Below are positions 7,337 through 14,423 of a stretch of DNA of 24,000 bases, piece by piece. The DNA lies in the NCBI RefSeq assembly GCF_014201905.1, contig NZ_JACHFM010000001.1, positions 610,994 to 634,993 of the forward strand, in the 5' to 3' direction. Origin of the DNA: Amaricoccus macauensis (GTDB lineage Bacteria; Pseudomonadota; Alphaproteobacteria; Rhodobacterales; Rhodobacteraceae). A program made the position numbers and the translations under genes. Every line of letters starts with the position of its first letter. Position 1 is the first letter of the stretch. The notes under the pieces are model-generated. The model saw only the letters and a list, made by a program, of their open reading frames with translations. It had not been told where the DNA came from and did not search any database.

Positions 7337-8989
7337 TCAGGCAGCAACCGGACGGCGCCACATGGCGCGGGCGAAGCGTCCGGAAACGAAGGCAGTGTCG
7401 GTCAGGCTGGCATTTCCCGCCGGGTTGATTCCGGTCACGTGGAAGTCACTGAAGGCAGCGCTCTGGTTCACGAAGATGTTGCCAGTGAGGTTGACCGAAA
7501 GATTCGCCCCCGTTCGTGCGAAGGCATCAGCGGCCCGCAGGATACGCGCCTCGTCGGTATCGTAAAGCGCCGCAGTGATCGCGCCCTTGCGCCGCGCCAG
7601 ATCGGCGGCAAGTGCGATCCCGTGGTCGGCGTCGTCCACCGCCACGGCGAAGGCGATCGGGCCGAAGCGCTCCTCGCCGTAAGCGCTCTCGTCGGCCGAA
7701 TCGACCGCCACGATCAGTGGCGACGCGGTCCGGCCCTCACCAACCGGGGCGCTGTCGCGAACGACGCGGCCCAGTCCCCGCGCGGCCTCGATCCGCTCCA
7801 GCGTCGCCGGATTGGCGATCGCGCCACAGATGCCCGCGGCACGCGCCGGATCCGCGAGCAGCGAGTCGATGGCGCCGGCAATGCCGTCCACCACCTCGTC
7901 GAAGGTCTTTGGTCCCGATTCAGTCCCGATGCCGCCTCGCGGCACGAAGATGTCCTGGGGGGCGGTGCACATCTGCCCGGAATAGAGCGCGAGGGAGAAG
8001 GCGACGTTCGCGCACATCCCGTCGAAATCGTCCGTCCCCGCGATGACGATGGAGTTCACCCCCGCTTCCTCGGTGTAGACCTGCGCCGTGCCGGCGTTGT
8101 CCCTCACCCAGGAGCCGAATGCGTTCGAGCCGGTGTAGTCAATGAGCGCAACCGAAGGATGACGGACCAGTTCGGCCGTCAACGGCGCCTCGGCGGAGTC
8201 GGCCGCGAGCAGCACGACATCACGCGGCAGCCCGGCCTCGGCGAGAAGATCGCGCAGCACCGCGACGGTCAGCGCCAGCGGCAGCGTCGCGCCCGGGTGC
8301 GGTTTCACGATCACCGGGTTGCCGGCCGCAAGGCTCGCGAAAAGCCCCGGGTAGGTGTTCCACGTGGGGAATGTCTGGCAGCCGATGACCAGCGCGACGC
8401 CGCGCGGCACCACGCGCCAGTGCTTCTCGAGGACGATCGGCGCGGCCTTGCCCTGCGGCTTCTCCCAGATCGCGCGGGCCGGCGCGCGGGTCATCTCGGT
8501 CCACGCCACCGCCACCGCTTCGAGACCCCGGTCCTGCGCATGCGGGCCTCCCGCCTGAAACGCCATCGGGAACGCCTGCCCGGTGGTGTGCATCACCGCG
8601 TTGCCCATCTCGAAGCTCATGGCATTCAGCCGGGTCAGGGCTTCGATGAGCAGCCCGACCCGCGCCTCCGGGCTCAGGCCCCCCCAGGCCTCCCCTGCCG
8701 CCTCTGCGGCGGCAACGAGCGCGTCGGGCGTTGCCGCCGGATAGGTAATTCCGAGCGTCGGCCCAAAAGGCGATACTTCGCCGCCGACCCGGCTTGATTC
8801 GGGATGGTCAGTCAGTACGAATGGCTGGCCGATCCGCGCGTCATAGGCCGCGAGTCCATCGGCCCGAGCGGTCTCGCCATAGATCTTGCCGCTTGGAATC
8901 TCGGGAAATGGCGTCCAGAAGCCCCGGTCGCGCAAAGCAGCTACGGCACGGTCCAGCAGCTCTTTATGGCGATCGAACAAGTCCTGCAT
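7337..8989 (-). CDS. paaN: Phenylacetate-pathway aldehyde dehydrogenase, stand-alone PaaN type (no MaoC domain), 550 aa
   Basis: The N-terminus LFDRHKELLDRAVAALRDRGFWTPFPEIPSGKIYGE matches what I recall of the PaaN_2-type proteins of beta-proteobacterial paa clusters. The ALDH catalytic-Cys context is YSGQMCTAPQ and the general-base Glu context is VYTEEAGVNS. SD AAGGGGGA lies 7 nt before the ATG. Confidence 0.85.
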   Translation of the reverse strand: MQDLFDRHKELLDRAVAALRDRGFWTPFPEIPSGKIYGETARADGLAAYDARIGQPFVLTDHPESSRVGGEVSPFGPTLGITYPAATPDALVAAAEAAGEAWGGLSPEARVGLLIEALTRLNAMSFEMGNAVMHTTGQAFPMAFQAGGPHAQDRGLEAVAVAWTEMTRAPARAIWEKPQGKAAPIVLEKHWRVVPRGVALVIGCQTFPTWNTYPGLFASLAAGNPVIVKPHPGATLPLALTVAVLRDLLAEAGLPRDVVLLAADSAEAPLTAELVRHPSVALIDYTGSNAFGSWVRDNAGTAQVYTEEAGVNSIVIAGTDDFDGMCANVAFSLALYSGQMCTAPQDIFVPRGGIGTESGPKTFDEVVDGIAGAIDSLLADPARAAGICGAIANPATLERIEAARGLGRVVRDSAPVGEGRTASPLIVAVDSADESAYGEERFGPIAFAVAVDDADHGIALAADLARRKGAITAALYDTDEARILRAADAFARTGANLSVNLTGNIFVNQSAAFSDFHVTGINPAGNASLTDTAFVSGRFARAMWRRPVAA

Positions 8990-9022
8990 CGCATCATCCC
9001 CCTTGGCTTGGTTTTTATCATT

Positions 9023-9034
9023 GACCGGCCGGTC
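9023..9034. promoter_or_regulatory. Perfect 12-bp palindrome GACCGGCCGGTC in the paaN/paaG divergent promoter region; candidate operator for the TetR-type (PaaR-like) regulator
   Basis: The palindrome was verified by reverse-complementing. On the + strand it overlaps a TTGACC -35-like hexamer (9021-9026). On the - strand it fills the 17-nt spacer between TTGCAT (9045-9040) and AATGAT (9022-9017). The ACCG/CGGT half-sites resemble the PaaR operator cores I recall from other phyla. Binding is an inference. Confidence 0.35.
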
Positions 9035-9107
9035 GGTTTATGCAACATTTTTTTTCATCGCAGGCTGAACGGTACCATACGTGCACCGGCCCCGCGGGAG
9101 GAACGCA

Positions 9108-9896
9108 ATGACTGACTCGTCCACTTTGCTCAAGTCCCTGGACTCGGGCGTTCTCACTTTGACTCTCAACCGCCCGGATAAACTCAACTCTCTGAATGAA
9201 GAATTGCACTTTGCTCTCCGTGCGGGCTTCCAGCAGGCCGCCGATGATCCGGAGATCCGCGCGATTCTGCTGACCGGTTCGGGCCGCGGTTTCTGCGCCG
9301 GTGCCGATCTCGGTGACCGCGATCCGCGCAAGGAGCGCCCCGATCTCGGCGCAATCATCGAACGGCTCTACAACCCGACTCTCCGCCTGATCCGCGCGCT
9401 GGAAAAGCCGGTGATCTGCGCGGTCAACGGCGTCGCCGCCGGCGCCGGTGCCAACATCGCCCTCGCCTGTGACATCGTGGTCGCCGCCCGCTCGGCGAAG
9501 TTCATCCAGGCGTTTTCGAAGATCGGCCTCATCCCCGACGCGGGCGGCAGCTGGTCGCTCGCCCGCATCCTCGGCGAGCCGCGGGCAAAGGCCCTCGCGC
9601 TTCTTGCCGAGCCCCTGCCGGCCGAGAAGGCCGCTGAGTGGGGCATGATCTGGAAGGCCGTCGACGACGAGGCCCTGCTCGACGAGGCCCGCGGCATTGC
9701 GCTCCGCCTCGCCGCCGGTCCGACCAAGGGACTGGGGCTCACCAAGCGGGCCATCCAGGCCGCGGCAGACAACAGCCTCGACGCCCAGCTCGATCTCGAG
9801 CGCGATCTTCAGGGCGAAGCCGGGCGCAGCGATGACTATGCGGAGGGCGTGCTCGCCTTCCTCGAGAAGCGCAAGCCGGAGTTCCGGGGCCAATGA
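9108..9896 (+). CDS. paaG: 1,2-epoxyphenylacetyl-CoA isomerase (oxepin-CoA forming), PaaG, 262 aa (start re-called)
   Basis: Crotonase-family protein. It is collinear with my recollection of E. coli PaaG over nearly the whole length (LTLNRPxxLNS, GRGFCAG, KPVICAVNGVAAGAGA, IVxAARSAKFxxAFSKxGLIPDxGG, EWGMIW, DTQLDLERD, AFLxKRxPxFxG). I place the start at the ATG at 9108, preceded by GGGAGGAACGCA. The tracked ATG at 9081 has no SD. Confidence 0.9.
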   Translation: MTDSSTLLKSLDSGVLTLTLNRPDKLNSLNEELHFALRAGFQQAADDPEIRAILLTGSGRGFCAGADLGDRDPRKERPDLGAIIERLYNPTLRLIRALEKPVICAVNGVAAGAGANIALACDIVVAARSAKFIQAFSKIGLIPDAGGSWSLARILGEPRAKALALLAEPLPAEKAAEWGMIWKAVDDEALLDEARGIALRLAAGPTKGLGLTKRAIQAAADNSLDAQLDLERDLQGEAGRSDDYAEGVLAFLEKRKPEFRGQ

Positions 9897-10351
9897 GTGC
9901 ATCGACCGGCCTGCGAGCCGCCGATCTCTCGCCGCAGGCACTCGCCGAAGCCTGTGCCGAGACGATGTGGGCGGATGACACGGCGACGCAGCACCTCGGC
10001 ATGCGCATCGACCGCGTCGCTCCGGGAGAAGCAACTCTCTCGATGGATCTGCAGCCCTTCATGCTGAACGGCCACGGCCTCGCCCACGGCGGCTACATCT
10101 TCACGCTCGCCGACAGCGCCTTTGCCTTCGCCTGCAACGGCTACAACCAGCGCACCGTCGGCCATCAGGCATCGATCACCTACATGGCGCCGGGACGCCA
10201 GGGCGACCGGCTGACTGCCACGGCGCGGGAACTTCATCGCGGCAAGCGCGATGGCATTTACGATGTCTTCGTGACGAACGACCGTGGGGAGAAGATCGCG
10301 GAGTTTCGCGGTCACTCGCGCACCGTGAAGGGAACTCATTTGCCGGAATGA
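9893..10351 (+). CDS. paaI: Hydroxyphenylacetyl-CoA/phenylacetyl-CoA thioesterase, PaaI (hotdog fold), 152 aa
   Basis: The core NGHGLAHGGYIFTLADSAFAFAC is the PaaI-type motif. It has an ATGA overlap with the paaG stop and sits in the usual paaG-paaI-paaK position. Confidence 0.85.
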   Translation: MSASTGLRAADLSPQALAEACAETMWADDTATQHLGMRIDRVAPGEATLSMDLQPFMLNGHGLAHGGYIFTLADSAFAFACNGYNQRTVGHQASITYMAPGRQGDRLTATARELHRGKRDGIYDVFVTNDRGEKIAEFRGHSRTVKGTHLPE

Positions 10352-10385
10352 TCCGGCACCAGCAACGAATCTGGGAGGAAGCAAG

Positions 10386-11696
10386 ATGAATACTGCCACT
10401 ACCTCGCGCGAGGGCCTCCACGCCATCGAGAACGCGTCGCGCGACGAGATCGCCAGCCTTCAGCTTGAGCGGATGAAGTGGTCCGTACGCCACGCCTACG
10501 AGAATTCCGCCTTCTACCGCAAACGATTCGACGAGCACGGCGTCCACCCCGACGACCTCCGGACGCTCGCGGACCTCGCCAAGTTCCCCTTCACCGTGAA
10601 GCAGGACCTGCGCGATACCTACCCCTTCGGCATGTTCGCCGTGCCGCGCGAGAAGCTCAGCCGGATCCACGGCTCGTCGGGCACAACCGGCAAGCCGACC
10701 GTGGTCGGCTATACGGCAAACGACATCTCGACCTGGGCAGACCTCATCGCCCGCTCGCTCTATGCCGCCGGCGGCCGCGCCGGTGACATCTGCCACGTGG
10801 CCTATGGCTACGGACTCTTCACCGGCGGCCTCGGCGCCCACTACGGTGCGGAGCGCCTCGGCTGCACCGTGGTTCCGATCTCCGGCGGCATGACCGAGCG
10901 TCAGGTAACGTTGATCCGTGACTTCCAGCCGCGGATCATCATGGTTACGCCGTCCTACATGCTGTCGATTCAGGATGAGTTCCGGCGCCAGGGCATCGAT
11001 CCTCGTGAGAGCTCGCTGAAGGTCGGGGTGTTCGGTGCGGAGCCCTGGACCAACGCCATGCGCCAGGAAATCGAGCAGGCGTTCGACATGGATGCGGTCG
11101 ACATCTATGGCCTCTCCGAGATCATGGGCCCGGGCGTGGCCAACGAGTGCGTCGAGACCAAAGACGGTCTTCACATCTGGGAAGACCACTTCTATCCGGA
11201 AGTGATCCATCCCGAGACCGGCGAGGTACTGCCAGACGGCGAACTGGGCGAACTTGTCTTCACGACCCTCACCAAGGAGGGCCTGCCGATGATCCGCTAC
11301 CGCACGCGCGATCTCACGCGGCTCCTCCCCGGCACGGCGCGGAGCATGCGCCGGATGGAAAAGGTGACGGGCCGTTCCGACGACATGATCATCCTGCGCG
11401 GCGTCAACGTCTTCCCGACCCAGATCGAGGAGCAGATCCTGAAGTGCGCCGGCCTCGCCCCGCATTTCCAGATCGAACTCGTCCGCAAGGGACGCATGGA
11501 CGACATGGTGGTTCACGTCGAGGCGAACCCCAATGATCCCTCCGCCGAGGCGCGTGCCGCGGCAGCGAAGGAACTCGCCCACCACATCAAGAGTGTGGTT
11601 GGCGTCTCGACAAAGATTGACGTCGCGGATCCGAACAGCATCCAGCGTTCGGACGGCAAGGCAAAGCGGGTGGTGGACAATCGGCCAAAAGAATGA
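10386..11696 (+). CDS. paaK: Phenylacetate-CoA ligase, PaaK, 436 aa
   Basis: The N-terminus REEIxxLQLERMKWSVRHAYENSAFYRKRFDEHGVHPDDL, the AMP-binding motif SSGTTGKPT, and the C-terminal GKAKRVVD are all typical of PaaK. SD GGGAGGAAG lies upstream. Confidence 0.93.
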   Translation: MNTATTSREGLHAIENASRDEIASLQLERMKWSVRHAYENSAFYRKRFDEHGVHPDDLRTLADLAKFPFTVKQDLRDTYPFGMFAVPREKLSRIHGSSGTTGKPTVVGYTANDISTWADLIARSLYAAGGRAGDICHVAYGYGLFTGGLGAHYGAERLGCTVVPISGGMTERQVTLIRDFQPRIIMVTPSYMLSIQDEFRRQGIDPRESSLKVGVFGAEPWTNAMRQEIEQAFDMDAVDIYGLSEIMGPGVANECVETKDGLHIWEDHFYPEVIHPETGEVLPDGELGELVFTTLTKEGLPMIRYRTRDLTRLLPGTARSMRRMEKVTGRSDDMIILRGVNVFPTQIEEQILKCAGLAPHFQIELVRKGRMDDMVVHVEANPNDPSAEARAAAAKELAHHIKSVVGVSTKIDVADPNSIQRSDGKAKRVVDNRPKE

Positions 11697-11724
11697 ACTG
11701 AGAGAAGAGAGCCGCCAATGATAC

Positions 11725-11752
11725 AAGGGAGGACCCGCCCGGGCCCTCCCTT
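11725..11752 (+). terminator. Stem-loop after paaK (possible partial terminator or processing site before the regulator gene)
   Basis: An 8-bp stem AAGGGAGG / CCTCCCTT with an internal CCCG/CGGG extension, read from the sequence. It starts 29 nt after the paaK stop. No clear U-tract follows (tcggcgtt). Confidence 0.35.
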
Positions 11753-11791
11753 CGGCGTTGGCGGCGCCAATAATGGAGTGCAGCAAATCCG

Positions 11792-12391
11792 ATGGCACGG
11801 ACCCGAGCCAGCGACTTTGAGGAGAAACAGAACGGCATCCTGACCAGTGCCGCCGCAGTTTTTGCCGAACAGGGCATGGAGAAGGCGTCGATGGCGCAGA
11901 TCGCCAGCCATTGCCAGGTGTCAAAGGCGCTTCTCTACCACTACTACCCGAGTAAGGACGAACTGATCTTCGCGATCATCCACACTCACCTTGTCGAGCT
12001 GGAGAGCTCGGTCGCCGCGGCGCTCGACGAGTCGCTTTCGCCGGAGGAGCAGCTTCGGCTGCTGGTCGCGACGGTCCTCAAGAAGTATCGCGGCGCGGAC
12101 AACGCGCACCGCGTCCAGCTGATCGGCAAGACAGCGCTCTCCGAGACGCAGGTCGAGCAGATCCGCGACGTGGAACGCCAGATCACCCACCATTTCGCGC
12201 GCGTGCTGCAGCAGATCCATCCGTCGCTGGACCGACCGGAACGGCCGCTGCTCATGCCCATCACGATGACGCTCTTCGGCGTGATGAACTGGGTCTACAT
12301 GTGGTTTCGCGAGGACGGCGAGATCAGTCGGGACGAGTATGCCCAGGTCGCGACGACGATGATCCTCGAAGGTGTGAAGGCCGTGCGCTAG
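11792..12391 (+). CDS. paaR: TetR/AcrR-family transcriptional regulator, likely the paa repressor (PaaR-like), 199 aa
   Basis: The N-terminal TetR HTH is ILTSAAAVFAEQGMEKASMAQIASHCQVSKALLYHYYPSKDEL. TetR-type PaaR regulators are the known paa repressors in bacteria lacking GntR-type PaaX. Its position directly after paaK supports the call. Orthology to characterised PaaR is inferred. Confidence 0.75.
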   Translation: MARTRASDFEEKQNGILTSAAAVFAEQGMEKASMAQIASHCQVSKALLYHYYPSKDELIFAIIHTHLVELESSVAAALDESLSPEEQLRLLVATVLKKYRGADNAHRVQLIGKTALSETQVEQIRDVERQITHHFARVLQQIHPSLDRPERPLLMPITMTLFGVMNWVYMWFREDGEISRDEYAQVATTMILEGVKAVR

Positions 12392-12395
12392 CCAG

Positions 12396-13076
12396 ATGCG
12401 CGCCCTCGACTTCAGTTCCTGGCAAGGGCTGCTTTCGACGGTCCTCGCTCTTGCACTCATTACGCTGATCGGCGTCGGTATCCGTCTCGCGGTCATGCAG
12501 ACGATCCAGCAGCGCCGCGAGCGGGCGAACAGGCAGATCAACGAGCGGCTGCGGGTGCTGATCGCTGCCTACAAGGCGCTTGGCGGCTCGTTCACCGGCA
12601 ATCTCGCGGTCAGCCCGACCCACATGCGCGACCTCCGGCAGGCGGCCGAAGCGGCGGGGGCGGAGCCAGCCACGGCTCCGTCCTGGTTCGAGCGCAGCCG
12701 TCAGGTGCGCGACGCGGTCGAGGCAGCACTTTCCGATATCATCCTGCTTGGCACCGAGGAGCATGTTCGTCTCGCGGAGGCGGCGGCCCGTGATCTGGTT
12801 GCCGGGCGGCCGGTCGAGACCGCGGCTCTCGTCGTGGCGCTCCGCGACTTCATCCGCAAGGCGCTCGATCTCGATCCGATACCGGCCGATCTCCGCATCC
12901 CGGCGCAGGGGCCGACGCGGCCGGGCTCGTCCGCTGGCGGCAAGGGCCGTGGCGACGCCGCAGGTGGCGGCAAGGGCGGTGGTGGCGGAGGCGGCGGCGG
13001 TGGTGCGGGGCTCGGCGTCGGTCTCTCGGCGCGCGAGCGCGGAGCGGACCAGACGGAGCCTGATCCGCGGGCCTGA
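12396..13076 (+). CDS. Hypothetical single-pass membrane protein with a helical cytoplasmic region and a Gly/Lys/Arg-rich disordered C-terminal tail, 226 aa
   Basis: The start is 4 nt after the regulator stop. There is one predicted TM segment, LLSTVLALALITLIGVGIRLAV. GC3 is high in this frame. The two alternative ORFs over the same DNA (12324..13088 minus, 12580..13869 plus) are Arg/Pro-rich junk. I recognise no family. Confidence 0.6.
   Translation: MRALDFSSWQGLLSTVLALALITLIGVGIRLAVMQTIQQRRERANRQINERLRVLIAAYKALGGSFTGNLAVSPTHMRDLRQAAEAAGAEPATAPSWFERSRQVRDAVEAALSDIILLGTEEHVRLAEAAARDLVAGRPVETAALVVALRDFIRKALDLDPIPADLRIPAQGPTRPGSSAGGKGRGDAAGGGKGGGGGGGGGGAGLGVGLSARERGADQTEPDPRA
12927..13022 (+). 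repeat. Low-complexity GGY-codon tract encoding SSAGGKGRGDAAGGGKGGGGGGGGGGAGLGVG
   Basis: A run of ggc/ggt/gga codons is visible at about 12960-13005. It includes ten consecutive Gly codons. Confidence 0.8.
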
Positions 13077-13092
13077 GGATCGGGCCACGTGC

Positions 13093-13704
13093 TCAGTCTC
13101 CGAGCTTCAGGCGTTCGGTGACGAGCGGGTCATACTCGGGCGCCTGCACCCGCCGCCGGCCTGGCTCGGGCGCGAGGAGCGGCTCGGCGGGGGCGAGCTT
13201 GGTGCGGGCGTCCACCGCGAGGCGCTGATAGACGCCAGTGCCGCGGGTCTTCCAGTCGATTTCCTGATCCGAAAGCTCGCGGACGACCTTGGCCGGCGAG
13301 CCGACCGCGAGGCTGCGGGGCGGGATCTTGCGCCCGGCGGGGACGAAGGCCATGGCGCCGACGATGGAGTTCTCGCCGATCTCGGCCTCGTCCATGACGA
13401 CGGCGTTCATGCCGACCATGGCGTTGCGGCCGATCCGGCAGCCGTGCAGGACGGCGCCGTGGCCGATGTGGCCGGCGGGCTCCACCACCACGCCGAGGTT
13501 CGGGAAGGTGTGGACGACGCAGGTTTCCTGCACGTTGGCCCCTGCCCCGATCTCGATCCGGCCGAAGTCGCCGCGGAGCACGCACTGCGGGCCGATGTAG
13601 ACCCCCGGCCCGATGATGACGTCGCCGATCACCGTGGCGTCGGGGTGGACGAAGGCGGTCGGGTCGACGACGGGGACGACCCCGTCCCAGGACCAGAAGC
13701 TCAT
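13093..13704 (-). CDS. paaY: PaaY, left-handed beta-helix (hexapeptide-repeat, gamma-carbonic-anhydrase-like) thioesterase of the paa pathway, 203 aa
   Basis: VDPTAFVHPDATVIGDVIIGPGVYIGPQCVLRGDFGRIEIGAGANVQE shows the hexapeptide repeats. Length and context fit PaaY. It has an ATGA overlap with the upstream thioesterase gene. Confidence 0.85.
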   Translation of the reverse strand: MSFWSWDGVVPVVDPTAFVHPDATVIGDVIIGPGVYIGPQCVLRGDFGRIEIGAGANVQETCVVHTFPNLGVVVEPAGHIGHGAVLHGCRIGRNAMVGMNAVVMDEAEIGENSIVGAMAFVPAGRKIPPRSLAVGSPAKVVRELSDQEIDWKTRGTGVYQRLAVDARTKLAPAEPLLAPEPGRRRVQAPEYDPLVTERLKLGD

Positions 13705-14180
13705 GCGGCGCCCTCGGCGGCGCGTTCCATCTCCAGCGCCACCTCACGCCGCAGGCGGCGGCGGAGCTCGGCGGCACGGTTGCGGCGGGCGTCGGTCGAG
13801 TTTTCGATGTCGAGCGCCGGGACCTCGGCCGAGCGTCCGGCCTCGTCGACGGCGACCATGGTGAAGTAGCAGGAGTTGGTGTGGCGGACCGTGCCGGTGC
13901 GGATGTTCTCGGCCTCGACCCGGATGCCGATCTCCATGGAAGTGCGGCCGGCATAGTTCACGCTCGCCCGGAAGGTCACGAGCTCGCCCACGTTGATTGG
14001 CTCCTTGAAGGTCACCTGATCGACCGAGAGGGTCACGGCGTAGCGGCCCGAATAGCGGGACGCCAGCGAGAAGGCGACCCGGTCGAGCAGGTTCAGCAGC
14101 GCGCCGCCGTGTACCTTGCCGGAGAAGTTGGCGAGATCGGGCGTCATCAGCTCGGTCATCTCAAGGCGCCGTCGGTCCAT
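13701..14180 (-). CDS. Acyl-CoA thioesterase, hotdog fold (YciA/BFIT-like), about 159 aa (start uncertain)
   Basis: GKVHGGALLNLLDRVAFSLASRYSGRYAVTLSVDQVTFKEPINVGELVTFRASVNYAGRTSMEIGIRVEAE is typical of the acyl-CoA thioester hydrolase family. I prefer the ATG at 14180 (GGGGGAC 3 nt upstream) over the tracked ATG at 14216. A later Met is also possible. Confidence 0.8.
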   Translation of the reverse strand: MDRRRLEMTELMTPDLANFSGKVHGGALLNLLDRVAFSLASRYSGRYAVTLSVDQVTFKEPINVGELVTFRASVNYAGRTSMEIGIRVEAENIRTGTVRHTNSCYFTMVAVDEAGRSAEVPALDIENSTDARRNRAAELRRRLRREVALEMERAAEGAA

Positions 14181-14198
14181 CGCGTCCCCCAAGGCAGG

Positions 14199-14217
14199 GG
14201 TGCGCAAGTTGCACACC
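14199..14217. promoter_or_regulatory. Imperfect palindrome GGTGCGCAAGTTGCACACC just upstream of the thioesterase-paaY operon; candidate operator
   Basis: The core TGCGCAA-G-TTGCACA pairs at 6 of 7 positions. It lies between the AT-rich promoter-like island (14221-14250) and the start codon. Function is inferred only from position. Confidence 0.25.
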
Positions 14218-14402
14218 CTGGCTATGTTGTTGATATTACTTTATTTACTTGCCGGCATTCACCGGATGGTAACTCACCCAGCGCTGAGGATGAAGCCCCC
14301 CAAGGCGGTCCGCGTCCGCCCGTTCCGGCGCGGGCGCCCCACCAGGACGGGCGTCGACCAAGCCCGGCGCGATCCGTGAATGCGGGTCGCGCCGGGTGGG
14401 CA

Positions 14403-14423
14403 GGCGCGCGCGGAACGCGCGCC
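14403..14423 (-). terminator. GC hairpin 24 nt downstream of the acylase stop
   Basis: GGCGCGCG / loop cggaa / CGCGCGCC, a perfect 8-bp stem read from the sequence. There is no U-tract on the minus strand. Confidence 0.35.

Noticed and set aside
5204-8797. 1197-aa plus-strand ORF, the longest in the window
   Set aside because: It is antisense to the livH-type, binding-protein and paaN genes. The composition is Arg/Asp/His/Gly junk with no domains. All three opposite-strand genes have SDs, signal peptide or TM patterns and catalytic motifs.
12927-13022. Repetitive ggc/ggt tract considered as a tandem repeat, CRISPR-like or mobile-element signature
   Set aside because: It is an in-frame codon-level low-complexity run encoding poly-Gly inside an ORF. 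There is no spacer/repeat periodicity or flanking element features.
12324-13088. 254-aa minus-strand ORF, and the 429-aa plus ORF 12580..13869, as alternatives to the hypothetical gene 12396..13076
   Set aside because: Both translate to Arg/Pro/Ser-rich low-complexity sequence. The 12396 frame has high GC3, a credible TM helix and a start tightly coupled to the regulator stop. The call remains a hypothetical protein.
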